NCBI RefSeq assembly: GCF_009914755.1
Contig: NC_060947.1
Direction: 5' to 3' (one strand)
DNA length: 64,000 nucleotides
Source: the human T2T-CHM13v2.0 reference genome, Homo sapiens
Of this stretch, positions 61,600 to 64,000 are shown in pieces. The first letter of the stretch is position 1, and each line of letters starts with the position of its first letter. Below the pieces are notes generated by a model. It saw only the letters and a list, made by a program, of their open reading frames with translations, made no database searches and was not told the DNA's origin. A program made the translations under genes and the position numbers.

Positions 61600-64000
61600 T
61601 ATTATTTTATTTGTTAACCTTTAAGTTTGGGGAAAAAAAAGTTTGGGGTACGTGTGCAGGTTTATTATATAGGCAAATTGCAAGTTGTGGGGGTTTGGTG
61701 TACACATTATTTCATCACCCAGGTAATAAACACAGTACCCAAAAGGTAGTTTTTCAATCCTCACCCTCTTCTGACCCTCCACCCTTAAGTAGGGCCCAGT
61801 ATCCATTGTTCTCTTCTTTGTGGCCATGTGTGCTCAATATTTAGCACTCATTCTTAAGTGACAACATACAGTATTTGCAGTATTTGATTTTCCATTTCTG
61901 TGTTAGTTCGCTTAGCATAATGGCCTGCAGTTCCATCTGTGTTGCTGCAAAGGACATAATGTCATTTCTTTTTATGGCTGTGCAGTATCCCATGGTGGGT
62001 ATGTACCACATTTTCTTTATCCAGTCTACCCTTGATGGGCACTTAGGTTTATTCCATGCTTTGCTATCTATTGTGAATAGTGCGTGTGCCTTTATGGTAG
62101 AATGACTTATATTCCTTTGGTTGCATACCCAATAATGGAATTGCTGGGTCGAATGGTGTATTAGTCTGTTTTCATGCTGCTGATAAAGACATACCTGAGA
62201 CTGGGCAATTTTCAAAAGAAGAGGTTGAAAGGACTTACAGCTCCACGTGTTTTGGGAGGCTTCACAATCATGGCAGAAGGCAAGGAGGAGCAAGTCACAT
62301 CTTACATAGATGGCAGCAGGCAGAGATGAGAGAGACCTTGCGCAGGGAAACTCCTCCTTATAAAACCATCAGATCTCGAGACTTATTCACTATCACGAGA
62401 ATAGCACAGGAAAGACCTGCCCCCGTGACTCAATTACTTCCCACTGGATCTCTCCCACAACACATGGGAATTAAAGATAAGGTTTGGGTGGGGACACAGT
62501 GAAACCATATCACATGGTAACTCTGTTCCTAGTTCCTTAAGAAATCACCAAACTGTTTTCCACAGTGGATGAACTAATTTATATTCCCACTAGCAGTTTA
62601 TAAGCATTCCCATTCCTATACAACCTTGCCTGCATCTGCAATTTTTTGACTGTTTAGTAATAGCCATTTTGACTTGTGTGAAATGGTATCTCACTGTGGC
62701 TTTTATTTGCATTTCTCTAATGATCAGTGATGTTCAGAATTTTTTCATGTTTGTTGGCCACGTGTATGTCTTCTTTGAAAAGTGTTCATGTCCTTTGCCT
62801 ACTTTTTAATGGGGTTGTGCTTTGCTTGTTAATTTGTTGAAGTTCCTTATAGATTCTGGATATTATACCTTTGTTGGAGGCATAGTTTGCACATATTTTC
62901 TCCCATTGTGCAGGTTGTCTGTTTACTCTCTTACTGTGCAGAAGCATGCCAGTTTAGTTAGTTCCTACTTATCAATTTTTGTTTTTGATGCCATGCTTAT
63001 AGTGTCTTTGTCATGAAGTCGTTACTGGGTCTTAAGTCCAGAATGGTATTTCCTGGGTTATCTTCCAAGGTTTTTATAGTTTTCATTTTTACATTTAACT
63101 TTTGAATCCATCTTGAGTTGATTTTTGTATATGGTGTAAGGAAGGGGTCGAGTTTCAAACTTCTGCATATGGCTAGCCAGTTATGCCTGTACCATTTATT
63201 GAATAGAGAGTCCTTTCCCCGTTGTTTTTGTCAACTTTGTCAAAGAGAAGATGGTTGTAGGTGTGTGGCATTATTTCTGGGCTCCATTTTGTTTTGTTGT
63301 TGGTCTATGTGTCTGTTTTTGTGGCGGTATCATATTGTTTTGGTTACTGTAGCCCTGCAGTATTGTTTGAAGTTGGTTAATGGGATCGCTCCAGCTTTGT
63401 GCTTTTTGCTTAGGATTGTTTGGGCTATTCTGGCCCTTTTTTGATTCCATATGAAATTTAAAATAGCTTTTTCTAATTCTGTGAAAAATGTCATTGGTGG
63501 TTTGCTAGGAATAACATTGAATCTTTAAATTGCTTTGAGGAGTGTGGCCGTTTTAACAATATTGATCCTTCCTACCCATGAGTGTGGAATATCTTTCCTT
63601 TTGTATCATCACTGATTTCTTTCCACAGTGTTTTTAAATTCTGTTGTAGAGATTTTTCACCTCTCTGGTTAGCTGTATTCTTAGGTATTTCATTGAATTT
63701 GTGTCTATTGTCAGTGAGTTCTTTTCTTGATTTGGCTATCAGCTTGGAGGTTTAGTGCGTAGAAATGCTACTGATTTTATATCCTGAAACTTTGCCTTAA
63801 GTTGTTTATCAGGTCTAGGAGCCTTTGGGCAGAGACTACGGGCTTTTCTAGGTATAGAATCATATTGTCTGTGAAGAGAATGAGTTTGTCTTCCTCTTTT
63901 CCTATCTGGATGCTTTTTATTTCTTTCTCTTGCCTGATTTTTGGGTCTAGGACTTCCAGTGTTATGTTGAACAGAAGTGGTAAGAGTGAGCATCCTTGTT
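61600..64000 (-). mobile_element. L1PA13-16-type 3' portion, running off the window end
   Basis: ggggtacgtgtgcagg...ttatttcatcacccagg 3'UTR followed by antisense ORF2. Confidence 0.9.
62157..62512 (-). mobile_element. THE1 (B/C-type) MaLR solo LTR nested in an L1
   Basis: tgtattagtctgttttcatgctgctgataaagacatacc...aaccatatca; TSD aatgg / catgg. Confidence 0.92.

Overview
AT-rich primate genomic DNA, almost certainly human (it carries a pristine AluYd8-type element). The window is dominated by interspersed repeats. L1 fragments of many ages make up well over half of it, including one full-length ~6.4 kb antisense L1PA nested in an older L1. There are also about 11 Alus, MaLR/ERV solo LTRs, MIR/L2 relics and hAT/Tc1-mariner DNA-transposon fossils. 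I see no host protein-coding exon, RNA gene or CpG island. The ORFs with recognisable protein content are L1 ORF2 or Alu read-throughs; the rest look like chance ORFs. I found no new biological system. The most interesting content is retrotransposition-mechanism evidence: five apparent twin-priming 5'-inverted L1 insertions (one with a ~1 kb internal deletion), an L1 3' transduction with its own AATAAA, a 62-bp TSD-flanked L1 micro-insertion, a candidate polymorphic AluYd8, a closely spaced inverted AluSp pair and a palindromic TA array. Subfamily names come from recalled diagnostic motifs rather than a database search, and boundaries of old repeats are approximate.
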